The position numbers were made by a program, and so were the translations under genes. Under the pieces are notes generated by a model. It was not told the DNA's origin, searched no databases, and saw nothing but the letters and a program-made list of their open reading frames with translations. From contig AYMD01000001.1 of the NCBI GenBank assembly GCA_000495735.1, forward strand, positions 292,377 through 356,376: a DNA stretch of 64,000 nucleotides, in the 5' to 3' direction. This document shows positions 39,874 to 48,242 of this stretch, piece by piece; positions within the stretch are counted from its first letter, which is position 1; every line of letters starts with the position of its first letter. Origin of the DNA: an uncultured Acidilobus sp. JCHS (GTDB lineage: Archaea; Thermoproteota; Thermoprotei_A; Sulfolobales; Acidilobaceae).

Positions 39874-40302
39874 GCCCGCGGCTCTAAGGGCGAGCCTAAG
39901 CACGTTTTTCACGTTCTCATAGGTCTCAAGGTTTTCGATCTCCTCGGCCGTGAACCACCTTCCGCTCCTCAGCGAGCCCCCGACCCTCCTGACGAGGAAT
40001 ATCAGGTCGTAGTGGAGGTGCACCTCGTTGGGGTACCTGACCGTCTCAAGGAGTATGGCTAAGGGCATGGGCTCGTCCCAGACGTCGCCGGAGCCAAGGC
40101 TGTGCGTGGGCCCCACGACCTTGACCTCAAGGCCTGTTTCCTCCTTGAACTCCCTCTCGGCCGCCTCCCTCGGCGTCTCGTTGGGCTCCACGTGGCCGCC
40201 TGGGTAGAGCCAGACGCCGAGCCTCTCATGCCTTATCAGGAGGACGCGTCCGTCCTCCACTAGGACCCCGCTGGCAACTACGCACTTCCTCAAGGGCGGC
40301 AC
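39865..40302 (-). CDS. NUDIX hydrolase
   Basis: [24 protein letters not shown] Nudix box. Confidence 0.95.
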   Translation of the reverse strand: MPPLRKCVVASGVLVEDGRVLLIRHERLGVWLYPGGHVEPNETPREAAEREFKEETGLEVKVVGPTHSLGSGDVWDEPMPLAILLETVRYPNEVHLHYDLIFLVRRVGGSLRSGRWFTAEEIENLETYENVKNVLRLALRAAGSP

Positions 40303-40479
40303 CTAGGAGCTCACTTTCTCTGAGAACCTCCTGGCAGCCTCATCAAGCCTCCTCCTGACCTCTTTAGCGGCCTGGTCCCTCAGCCCCCTCAGCTCCTCAA
40401 CGCCCTTCCTGTGGACTTCCTCGAGCTTCCTCAGCGCCTCCTCTTCAAGCTTCTTGGCCAGGTTCTCAATGGAGCTCAA
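40303..40479 (-). CDS. 58-aa coiled-coil hypothetical protein
   Basis: Manual translation MSSIENLAKKLEEEALRKLEEVHRKGVEELRGLRDQAAKEVRRRLDEAARRFSEKVSS; TTG start, stop abuts the NUDIX start. Confidence 0.55.
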   Translation of the reverse strand: MSSIENLAKKLEEEALRKLEEVHRKGVEELRGLRDQAAKEVRRRLDEAARRFSEKVSS

Positions 40480-40619
40480 GGCCTTCCCGGGCTACACGTG
40501 CTTAAGGGGAATAAAAAGGCTGAGGTAGGCCCTGGCATCAGCTAACTAGCTTGAGGTATTCCTCACCTGCTGAGGGCTCCGAAAAGGTGTTAAGCCTGCC
40601 CCCCGGTACTGTCAGCGGT

Positions 40620-40695
40620 GCGGCGGTAGTCTAGCCTGGACTAGGACGCCGGCCCTCCAAGCCGGAGGTCCCGGGTTCAAATCCCGGCCGCCGCA
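40620..40695 (+). tRNA. tRNA-Gly, anticodon TCC (C at position 33)
   Basis: Cloverleaf GCGGCGG/CCGCCGC, GTCT/GGAC, CCGGC-CCTCCAA-GCCGG, CCGGG-TTCAAAT-CCCGG; discriminator A; no intron, no encoded CCA; AAAAGGTGTTAAG promoter upstream. Confidence 0.92.
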
Positions 40696-40819
40696 TCACT
40701 TCTTGGGGTCTGCGCCCCCTCACTCGCTAGGCGTTCCCCTTAAGTCGCTGGCGCCTAAGGCCGGAGAGCTCTGCCTAGCCTCTGAGCCCACAAGGCGTCA
40801 TAGGTCATAGGCCCGCTTG

Positions 40820-42478
40820 TCAGAGGAACTTGAGGCCGCCTGAGGGCCCTCCCCTTGATATCATTGACAGGAATATGAAGTCGAGGACCATCGGCGGGAG
40901 CGCTGCCACGAGCGCCATGGATGCCAGGAGGCCCCACTCTATTGAGGACTCCTGTATTGCGGTGAGGGCGTAAATGGTCACGGTCTGCGCCCCCACGGGC
41001 GGGAACTTGAAGTTGTACGGCGTGAAGCTGAACACGAGCGGGTAGAAGAGCGCGTGCCAAGCCCCTATTGTAGCCAGGAGGAAGACGCTGAGGAGCACCG
41101 GCCTTGAGAGGGGCATTATGAGCCGCGTGAACCTCCTCCTTATCCCGAAGAGCTCCCCGACCTCGTCATAGGCCCTCGGGAGGTCGAGGAAGAAGCCGTT
41201 CATCAGCCAGAGCCCGTAGGTGACCGAGAAGAGCGGCATCGCCGTTATGAGCGCCCACCAAGTGTTCAGCAGGTGGAGCCTAGCGAAGAGCAGGTAGAGC
41301 GGTATCGCGAAGGCCATGGGGGGCAGGACGTAGAGGTATATTGAGAGCGGCAGGAGCCACCTGCTGGCCTTCCCCCTGGCCACCTCATAGGCGGCCGGGG
41401 CCGCCAGGAGGACAGCCACTACGCCTACTGAGAGGCTGACGACTGTGCTGCTCACTAGGTACGGGACAGCGCCCCTGGCGGCGGCTATGAAGTACTGGGC
41501 CGTGAACTCCTTAGGGTACATGATCGGGGGCCTCACGAAGTCAAGTATGTCGGGCCTGAAGGCCACGAGGAACATCCAGTAGACGGGCATCACGTTAAAG
41601 AAGAGAATCACGGCCAGGAGCGCCAGCATTATGGCCCTGAAGGCCCAGTCGGGCATACTGATCGACGGGAGGGACCTGAAGACTGGCCTCTGGGCCCTGA
41701 GGAGCCTGAACAGGGCCAGCGCAGGTACTGTGGCCAGGGCCGCTATGGCTGCCGAGACCAGGGCGCCCCCTGAGTAGCTGCCCAGGGAGTAGACGGCCTC
41801 GTACGTCACGATGCCAAGGGTTGTAGTCGCGTAGCCCGGGCCCCCGCCAGTTAGCACATAGGGGGCGTCGAAGGCGCCGAAGCTGAAGGCCAGCTCTATA
41901 ACGAAGGCTATCAGTATGGCCTTGCTCGCCATGGGTATCGCCACCCTGGCGTAGTACTTCGAGAGGCCCAGGCCGTCGATCAACGCGTTCTCCTTGATCT
42001 CCTTGGGTATTGCCCTCAACGTGGCGTAAATTATGATGAAGGGGAAGGTGAGGGAGCCCCAGACGCTCACAAGTATGACGCCCCACATTGCAGTGCTGGC
42101 CCTGTAGAGTGGGTCAAAGGGTATGTGGAGGAGGTACGTGAACCAGCCCCACCCACCGCCGTAGAGGCTTATGTACCATATGAGGGCGGCCGAGACGAAG
42201 GGCACGGTGTGGGGGAGGACCACAGCGAGGGCCAGGGGGCCCTGGTACCTCTCGCGTAGCGAGTCCACAGCCACGGCGGCCGCCAGGCCTACGAGCGTTG
42301 AGAAGGTGGCGTTGGCGAAGGCCAGCACGAGCGTGTTTATGAAGACCCGTTTGAGTGGCACAAGGGCGAGCGAGACCAGGGCGGCCCTGTAGTCAAGGCC
42401 CACTATGACGAAGGTGGCTACGAAGGGGGCTACCCCAAAGGCCATTATGTACGCAAGGTAGGGCAGGGAGAGCCTCAA
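40820..42478 (-). CDS. Fused MalF+MalG-type carbohydrate ABC permease
   Basis: 552 aa with two permease halves and two EAA-like loops (RAIPKEIKENALIDG and LDLPRAYDEVGELFG). Confidence 0.85.
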   Translation of the reverse strand: MRLSLPYLAYIMAFGVAPFVATFVIVGLDYRAALVSLALVPLKRVFINTLVLAFANATFSTLVGLAAAVAVDSLRERYQGPLALAVVLPHTVPFVSAALIWYISLYGGGWGWFTYLLHIPFDPLYRASTAMWGVILVSVWGSLTFPFIIIYATLRAIPKEIKENALIDGLGLSKYYARVAIPMASKAILIAFVIELAFSFGAFDAPYVLTGGGPGYATTTLGIVTYEAVYSLGSYSGGALVSAAIAALATVPALALFRLLRAQRPVFRSLPSISMPDWAFRAIMLALLAVILFFNVMPVYWMFLVAFRPDILDFVRPPIMYPKEFTAQYFIAAARGAVPYLVSSTVVSLSVGVVAVLLAAPAAYEVARGKASRWLLPLSIYLYVLPPMAFAIPLYLLFARLHLLNTWWALITAMPLFSVTYGLWLMNGFFLDLPRAYDEVGELFGIRRRFTRLIMPLSRPVLLSVFLLATIGAWHALFYPLVFSFTPYNFKFPPVGAQTVTIYALTAIQESSIEWGLLASMALVAALPPMVLDFIFLSMISRGGPSGGLKFL

Positions 42479-42539
42479 GGGAACCCAGGTGGGGGTCCGA
42501 AAAAGCTAAATAAAAAAGGTTTGGGAAGGACGCTTAGGC

Positions 42540-44093
42540 CTAGGAGGTAGTCGTTGAAGTTGAGGTAGTCGTCGAGTAATACGTCTCCAGTATCTGCACG
42601 TACTGCGCGGCCACATGGTTCAGGACGGCCTGCGGCGTGGTGCTGTTGGGGTTCTCGAGGTAGCTGAGGAGGGCGCTTCCCAGGACGTTGCCGAGGTTGT
42701 ACGTTACTGGTATCAGCGGCTCCCAGGCGTACCCGCGTTTGGCCGAGATCAGGTTGGCCTCAAGCCACACGTGCTTGTAGTAGGGCAGGGAGGCGTTTGC
42801 TAGCAGAGCCTGGTAGGCGGCCTTTGATATCGGGAAGAGGCCTAGCTTGAGGAACATCTGCTCCTGGACCTGCGGGGACTCTATGAACTGGAGGAACTCT
42901 AACGCCAGCTGCTTGTGGGTTGAGTACTTACTCACGGCGAAATACGTTCCGCCGGGCATGGAGTAGTTGCCCGGCAGCGGCGCCATGAGCACGTCAGAGG
43001 GGGACACGTTCTTGCTCAGTATGGCCGAGAGCCTGGAGGCGTAGTTTATGGTGGCAGGCCCGCTGCCGTTAGCGAAGAGCGCTGGGACGTTGTCGAACGA
43101 GACTGGGAACTGAGCGGGGTTTGGCTCATAGCTGACCAGTTGCTGGAGTATCTCAAGGGCCTGCACCCCGGCGCTGGTGTTGATGGCAGGCGGAGGGAAC
43201 GGGTGGTGCCACCAGCTCGGTATGCAGCCCCAGAACTCAACGCCGAAGCCCGGCATGCCGTGTATCGTCCCGCAGTTCAGGGTCTGGTTGTTGATGTAGA
43301 AGTAGCTGTAGATTGAAGTAAAGCTGGTCAGCAGGTCGCCGCCCGCGGTGGTGTCCATGACCAGTATGCCCCAGGGAGTTATGTGGTGCTCTACGAAGAA
43401 CTTGCTGACGTCAACTACCACGGTCCAGTTATGCCAGGTCCAGGGGTCGAGTTGCATGTGGTACTCGTTGTAGAACTCCTGCTGAAGCGTCGCGTTGTTG
43501 AAGTACTTGGCGTTGTAGATTATCACCACATTAGAGACCCACGGGGCCACGCCGGCAATCGTTGAGGTGTTGGTAGTGGGGTCATATATCACGCCGCCGA
43601 AGGACTCGGCGGGCCAGAGCAGGTCGCTTACGTTAATGATCGAGGAGTTCAGGGGCACCACGTAAGGCGCCAGGAGCCTGGCAGAGGTTGGCGTGAAGGT
43701 CACGATGTCATACTGGTTGCCGCCCGCCCTGAGCACCGTCAGCTCGTTGTTTATGTACTGGGTGAAGGGGAAGGCCTCTACCTGTACTGAGACGCCAGGG
43801 TGCTCCTGCTCGAACAGCGGTATCGCGACCTTCTGGAGGAAGGACTGCGGGGCCCCCGTGTAGGTGGCGATAACTAGCGTCACGGTCGGCGTAGTGGGCG
43901 GGGGCGTCGTTGTCGTGGTGGTAGTCGTGGTCATTGACGTGGTTGAGATGGTGCTCGTGGTCTTAGGCGTCGTTGTGGTCACGTGACGCATCGAGACATA
44001 GTAATAGGCTAGGCCGCCGGCGACCGCCACAACAATGACGACGATAACTATGGCAGCCAGGGCCGCCGTTGAGATCGAGGACGTGGGCCTCAA
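42540..44093 (-). CDS. Carbohydrate ABC transporter substrate-binding protein
   Basis: TM anchor plus Thr-rich linkers, FEQEHPGVSVQV; paralog of 12611-14122; oligo-T tract follows the stop. Confidence 0.88.
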   Translation of the reverse strand: MRPTSSISTAALAAIVIVVIVVAVAGGLAYYYVSMRHVTTTTPKTTSTISTTSMTTTTTTTTTPPPTTPTVTLVIATYTGAPQSFLQKVAIPLFEQEHPGVSVQVEAFPFTQYINNELTVLRAGGNQYDIVTFTPTSARLLAPYVVPLNSSIINVSDLLWPAESFGGVIYDPTTNTSTIAGVAPWVSNVVIIYNAKYFNNATLQQEFYNEYHMQLDPWTWHNWTVVVDVSKFFVEHHITPWGILVMDTTAGGDLLTSFTSIYSYFYINNQTLNCGTIHGMPGFGVEFWGCIPSWWHHPFPPPAINTSAGVQALEILQQLVSYEPNPAQFPVSFDNVPALFANGSGPATINYASRLSAILSKNVSPSDVLMAPLPGNYSMPGGTYFAVSKYSTHKQLALEFLQFIESPQVQEQMFLKLGLFPISKAAYQALLANASLPYYKHVWLEANLISAKRGYAWEPLIPVTYNLGNVLGSALLSYLENPNSTTPQAVLNHVAAQYVQILETYYSTTTSTSTTTS

Positions 44094-44144
44094 GTCGCCC
44101 TACCTGTGTTTACGGTAAGGCGAGCGCAATAAAAGGGTGAGGGC

Positions 44145-44810
44145 CTATGAGAGGGCATCCCTGGCCTTCCTGTTCCTGGGGGCCAGAACGTAGACTATGT
44201 CGCAGCAGTCCATGGAGGCCCTCTTAACGTCAATTAGCTCTACCTCCCACCTGTGCAGGGGGCTCCTCACGACGGCCGTGTGGTACTCCCCCCTCTCGCC
44301 CAGCGGGTCTGCGCCGTCAGCCCTAGCGAGGCTCAGGAACCAGTCCACGTTACCCTTGTCGATAACTGACCCCACGGCCTTCCTCAGCTCCTTCCCCCTC
44401 GCCCCAAGCACCTTCATCCTGTAGCCCTCCTCCACGTCCTTCATCAGTATGTCAAGGGTGTCCATACCCCACAGGGGCTCCCTGAGGCTGCACCCGGCCT
44501 CCCTGGCCAGGGACTCCATGTACTTAAGGTGGTCCTCAACGAAGACGTCGCCTGCTATCAGCACGTCAGTGCTGAGCCTCCTCAACAGCGCGGCTGTCTG
44601 GGCGAACTCCCTCCCCCTGTCGAGCCTGGCCACGACCATGGGTACCCCTATAGACTCGGCCACGGCGGATGACGCGGAGAGGTTCTCTATGTGGGGCGAC
44701 GGCTCAGGGAAGTCGTAGACCAGGAAGAGGAATATGTCAACAGGCCAGGAGAGCTGGGCTGCCCTGAGCCCGTCCTTTCCACTGGAGAACATCGCGACCC
44801 TGTTGCCCAA
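44145..44810 (-). CDS. PP-loop ATPase, diphthamide synthase-like (DUF71/Dph6) family
   Basis: FSSGKDG, IAGDVFVEDH, LREPLWG, DPLGERGEYHT. Confidence 0.8.
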   Translation of the reverse strand: MGNRVAMFSSGKDGLRAAQLSWPVDIFLFLVYDFPEPSPHIENLSASSAVAESIGVPMVVARLDRGREFAQTAALLRRLSTDVLIAGDVFVEDHLKYMESLAREAGCSLREPLWGMDTLDILMKDVEEGYRMKVLGARGKELRKAVGSVIDKGNVDWFLSLARADGADPLGERGEYHTAVVRSPLHRWEVELIDVKRASMDCCDIVYVLAPRNRKARDALS

Positions 44811-44840
44811 GTCCTCCCCCAGGCCGAGAGGGCCCTGGGC

Positions 44841-45395
44841 TTAATAGCTGGTCAGGAGTCTCCCCCCTTTGTCTGCTATGGCCTTCAGCGCCAGCCCCCT
44901 TATGTGAACCAGTGTCGCCCTGCCGTGGTAGACCCCTCCCTCCTCAAGGCGGAGGTTAAGGCCCAGCCTCTGGCCTATCCTCACGGCCGGCGAGTTCTCA
45001 GCGTGAACGTAGGCCTCCATGGTCTCAAAGCCCCTCCTGTAAGCCTCGAGGATCAGCAGGGCCGCCAGGACCGTCGCTATGCCCCTCCCCCTGTGCTGGG
45101 GGAGCACGGCAAACGCCAGCTCCGCATGGGCGCAGTCCGAGAACCCCTCGCCCAGCCCCACCATCTCGCTGCCCGCGAAGGCCCCTATGGCGTAGTTGCA
45201 GGGGCTTGAGAAGAGCATCCTGGCGTGGCCCTCGAAGTCCTTGAATATTCCGAGGAACCTGTAGTAGAGGGAGTAGGTGTCGAGGGACTCGTAGAACCTC
45301 ACGACCAGGTTCGAGTCCTCGCCACAGAGGACCCTGAACCTGTACCTGGCGCCCTTGGCCTCAAGCTCCGCCAGCTCGGAGGGGGCGCAGGACAC
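44841..45395 (-). CDS. GNAT acetyltransferase, archaeal Pat-like
   Basis: SLDTYSLYYRF, ELAFAVLPQHRGRGIAT, YVHAENSPAVRIGQRLG; same motif order as Pat protein-lysine acetyltransferase domains. Confidence 0.8.
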   Translation of the reverse strand: MSCAPSELAELEAKGARYRFRVLCGEDSNLVVRFYESLDTYSLYYRFLGIFKDFEGHARMLFSSPCNYAIGAFAGSEMVGLGEGFSDCAHAELAFAVLPQHRGRGIATVLAALLILEAYRRGFETMEAYVHAENSPAVRIGQRLGLNLRLEEGGVYHGRATLVHIRGLALKAIADKGGRLLTSY

Positions 45396-45452
45396 GCTAG
45401 CACCGCGCCTCCGAGGAAAATACGAAATAAAAAAGAAACGTGTCGAGTTTAG

Positions 45453-46020
45453 CTAGGCTGGGAGCACCGCCCTCTTGAACGACCAGTTAAGGACTATGGC
45501 GGCCCCCAGGTAGAGGGCGTCGAGCCCGGTTATGAGGCCTATCCAGCCCCCTGCCTTTATTATGGCTGTGCTGCTCGCTAGGAAGCCGGCCGCCAGGACC
45601 CAGAAGGTTATCGTGAGCAGGACCAGGACGCTCATGAGCACCCTGGCCTTCAGAGCGTTGGCGCCCACCGTGTAGATCAGGGTCAGTATGCCCCAGAATA
45701 TGAACCAGGTCCCTATCTCAGAGTCTCCCCACGAGAAAGTGCTGCCGTTCCAGGCCTGCAGGACGAAGGCCAGGCCGAGGCCTATCCAGAAGAGGCCGTA
45801 GGTGCTGAAGGCCGTGCCCCCAAGCAGGTTGCCCCTCTTGAAGTCCATCCAGCCGGCGAAGACCTGGGCCATGCCTCCCCAGAAGAAGGCGTAGGCTAAC
45901 GTCATGCCGGCCGTCGGTATTAAGCCGGCGTTGTGCAGGCTCAGGACTATCGTTGTCAGGGCGAAGCCCCAGAGCCCGAGGGCGCTGGGGTCTGCGAACG
46001 GCTCCTTCTCGCTCGCTCAA
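45453..46020 (-). CDS. satP: SatP/GPR1/FUN34/YaaH (AceTr) acetate channel
   Basis: The frame upstream of the listed ATG 45905 encodes FADPSALGLWGFALTTIVLSLHNAG then FFWGGMAQ. The SD-preceded TTG at 46020 is 1 nt out of frame. Confidence 0.85.
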
Positions 46021-46069
46021 ACCCACCTCCTACACACTTATACATAAATATCAAAAAAGATATTAAAGC

Positions 46070-48052
46070 TTAACTTCCGCCCATCGACCTCTTGAACTCC
46101 TCCCAGGCCTTCAAGAGCTCCTCGACGGCCGTCGGGTCCTCAAGGGCCGTTGTGTCGCCGAGGGGCCTGCCCTCCATTATGTCCTTGAGGAGCCTCCTCA
46201 TTATCTTCCCGCTCCTCGTCTTGGGCAGCTTCCTCACGAAGAGCACTGTCTTAGGCGTCGCTATCGAGCCTATCTGGGTCCTTATCAGCTCTATCAGCTC
46301 CTTCCTGAGCTGCTCGCTCGGCTGGTAGCCTGCCTTGAGCACTACAGCAGCCACGGGCACCTCGCCCTTCACCGGGTCAGGGGCGCCTATGACTGCGGCC
46401 TCGGCCACGGCCGGGTGCTTTATCAGGACGTCCTCCATCTCGGTAGTCCCTATCCTGTGGCCGGCCACCTTGAGGACCTCGTCAGCCCTGCCGAGGAGCC
46501 AGAAGTAGCCCTCCTCGTCCTTGACGGCGTAGTCGCCCGCGTAGAAGTAGCCTGGGAACCTGCTCCAGTAAGTCTTTACGTACCTCTCGGGGTCGCCCCA
46601 GATGCCCAACATCATGCCAGGCCACGGCCTCTTGATTATCAGGTAGCCCCTGACGCCTGGAGGCGTCGGGTTACCGTTCTCGTCTACTACGTCGGCCACT
46701 ATTCCGGGCAGCGGGAACGTGGCCGAGCCGGGCTTGAGGGTGACGAGCGATATGCCTGGGGCGGGCGATATCATGGCTGCCCCGGTCTCTGTCATCCACC
46801 ACGTGTCTACTATTGGGCACCTCCTCTTGCCGACTACCTCGAAGTACCACCTCCATACGTCGGGGTTTATGGGCTCGCCCACGGTGCCCAGTATCCTCAG
46901 CGTTGACAGGTCGTGCTTCGTGACCCACTCGTCGCCGTACTGCCTGAGCGTCCTCAGGGCGGTGGGGCTCGTGTAGAATATCGTGACGCCGTACTTCTCG
47001 ACTATCTGCCACGGCCTGTCGGGCTGCGGGTAGTCTATGGCGCCCTCGTACATGACCTCCGTGGCGCCGTTCATCAGAGGGCCGTAGACTATGTAGGTGT
47101 GACCCGTTACCCACCCAACGTCGGCCATGGTCCAGTGGACGTCCTCAGGCCTTATGTCCCAGTTCCACTTGAACACGTGGTAGACGTAGACCATGTAGCC
47201 GCCTACGCTCTGCATTATCCCCTTCGGCTTGCCCGTGGTGCCGCTGGTGTAGAGTATGAAGAGCACGTCATCGCCCTTCCTCGGCACCGGCTTGACGTAG
47301 GTGGTGTCGGGGTACTTGGAGGTCAGCTCATGGTACCAGACGTCCCTTCCCTCGACCCAGTTGATCGGGTTCCCGAGCCTCCTGACCACGATGACCTTCT
47401 CTACCTTGGCCCCCTGCTTCTCAGCCAGGGCGACGCCCTCGTCGGCGTTCTTCTTGAGCTCAACTACCTTGCCCCTCCTCCAGTAGCCGTCAGCTGTTAT
47501 CAGGACCCTCGACTTGGCGTCGACAATCCTGTCGGCGAGGGCCGAGGGGCTGAAGCCTGAGAAGACGACGCTGTGTATGCCCCCAACCCTTGTCACGGCG
47601 AGCATAGATATGGGCAGCTCCGGTATCATGGGCATGTATATCGTGACTGTGTCGCCCGGCTTCACGCCCAGGTCCTGGAGGGCCTTGGCGAGCTTGTTGA
47701 CCTCCCTGAAGAGGTCCCTGTAGCTCAGGACCCTGCTGGTCCCGTCCTCGCCCTCCCAGTAGTAGGCCACCTTGTTGGCCACGTGGGTGCCCATCCAGCG
47801 GTCGAGGGCGTTCAGGTTGATGTTGGTCTCCCCTCCCACGAACCACCTGTAGAAGGGCGGGTTAGAGTCATCAAGGACCTTGTCCCAAGTCCTATACCAC
47901 ACCAGCTCCCTGGCCCTCTCGTCCCAGAACTTTATGGGGTCCTCAACCGAGGCGCGCCAGAAGTCAAGGTACTTGTTGTGGTGAGGGAAGTACTTCTCGC
48001 CGTAGGGCAAGGGCTCTATCCTCTGGGCCTCCGGAGAAGACATGTATGTCAC
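46070..48052 (-). CDS. acs: Acetyl-CoA synthetase (AMP-forming)
   Basis: YTSGTTGKPKG, DTWWMTETG, YFYAGDYA, GHRIGTTE, LPKTRSGKIMRR. Confidence 0.95.
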   Translation of the reverse strand: MTYMSSPEAQRIEPLPYGEKYFPHHNKYLDFWRASVEDPIKFWDERARELVWYRTWDKVLDDSNPPFYRWFVGGETNINLNALDRWMGTHVANKVAYYWEGEDGTSRVLSYRDLFREVNKLAKALQDLGVKPGDTVTIYMPMIPELPISMLAVTRVGGIHSVVFSGFSPSALADRIVDAKSRVLITADGYWRRGKVVELKKNADEGVALAEKQGAKVEKVIVVRRLGNPINWVEGRDVWYHELTSKYPDTTYVKPVPRKGDDVLFILYTSGTTGKPKGIMQSVGGYMVYVYHVFKWNWDIRPEDVHWTMADVGWVTGHTYIVYGPLMNGATEVMYEGAIDYPQPDRPWQIVEKYGVTIFYTSPTALRTLRQYGDEWVTKHDLSTLRILGTVGEPINPDVWRWYFEVVGKRRCPIVDTWWMTETGAAMISPAPGISLVTLKPGSATFPLPGIVADVVDENGNPTPPGVRGYLIIKRPWPGMMLGIWGDPERYVKTYWSRFPGYFYAGDYAVKDEEGYFWLLGRADEVLKVAGHRIGTTEMEDVLIKHPAVAEAAVIGAPDPVKGEVPVAAVVLKAGYQPSEQLRKELIELIRTQIGSIATPKTVLFVRKLPKTRSGKIMRRLLKDIMEGRPLGDTTALEDPTAVEELLKAWEEFKRSMGGS

Positions 48053-48102
48053 CCCGTGTTCCGAACTTTATACATATTAGCCCGCTATTTAAGGACTCCA
48101 TT

Positions 48103-48130
48103 AGTGGGATTTATTATGCTCTGTCCCACT
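48103..48130. promoter_or_regulatory. Inverted repeat in the AT-rich divergent acs/mutS promoter region
   Basis: AGTGGGA (48103-09) and TCCCACT (48124-30), flanked by several TATA-like elements. Confidence 0.4.
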
Positions 48131-48242
48131 TATATCCTAGTTAAATAAGTTTATATAATGTTTAGTTTAGAATGGTTTTTGACAGCCCTTAGCCTTCACA
48201 TTATGTATAGAGAGCGCACCTTTTTAGATCCTAGATTTAATA

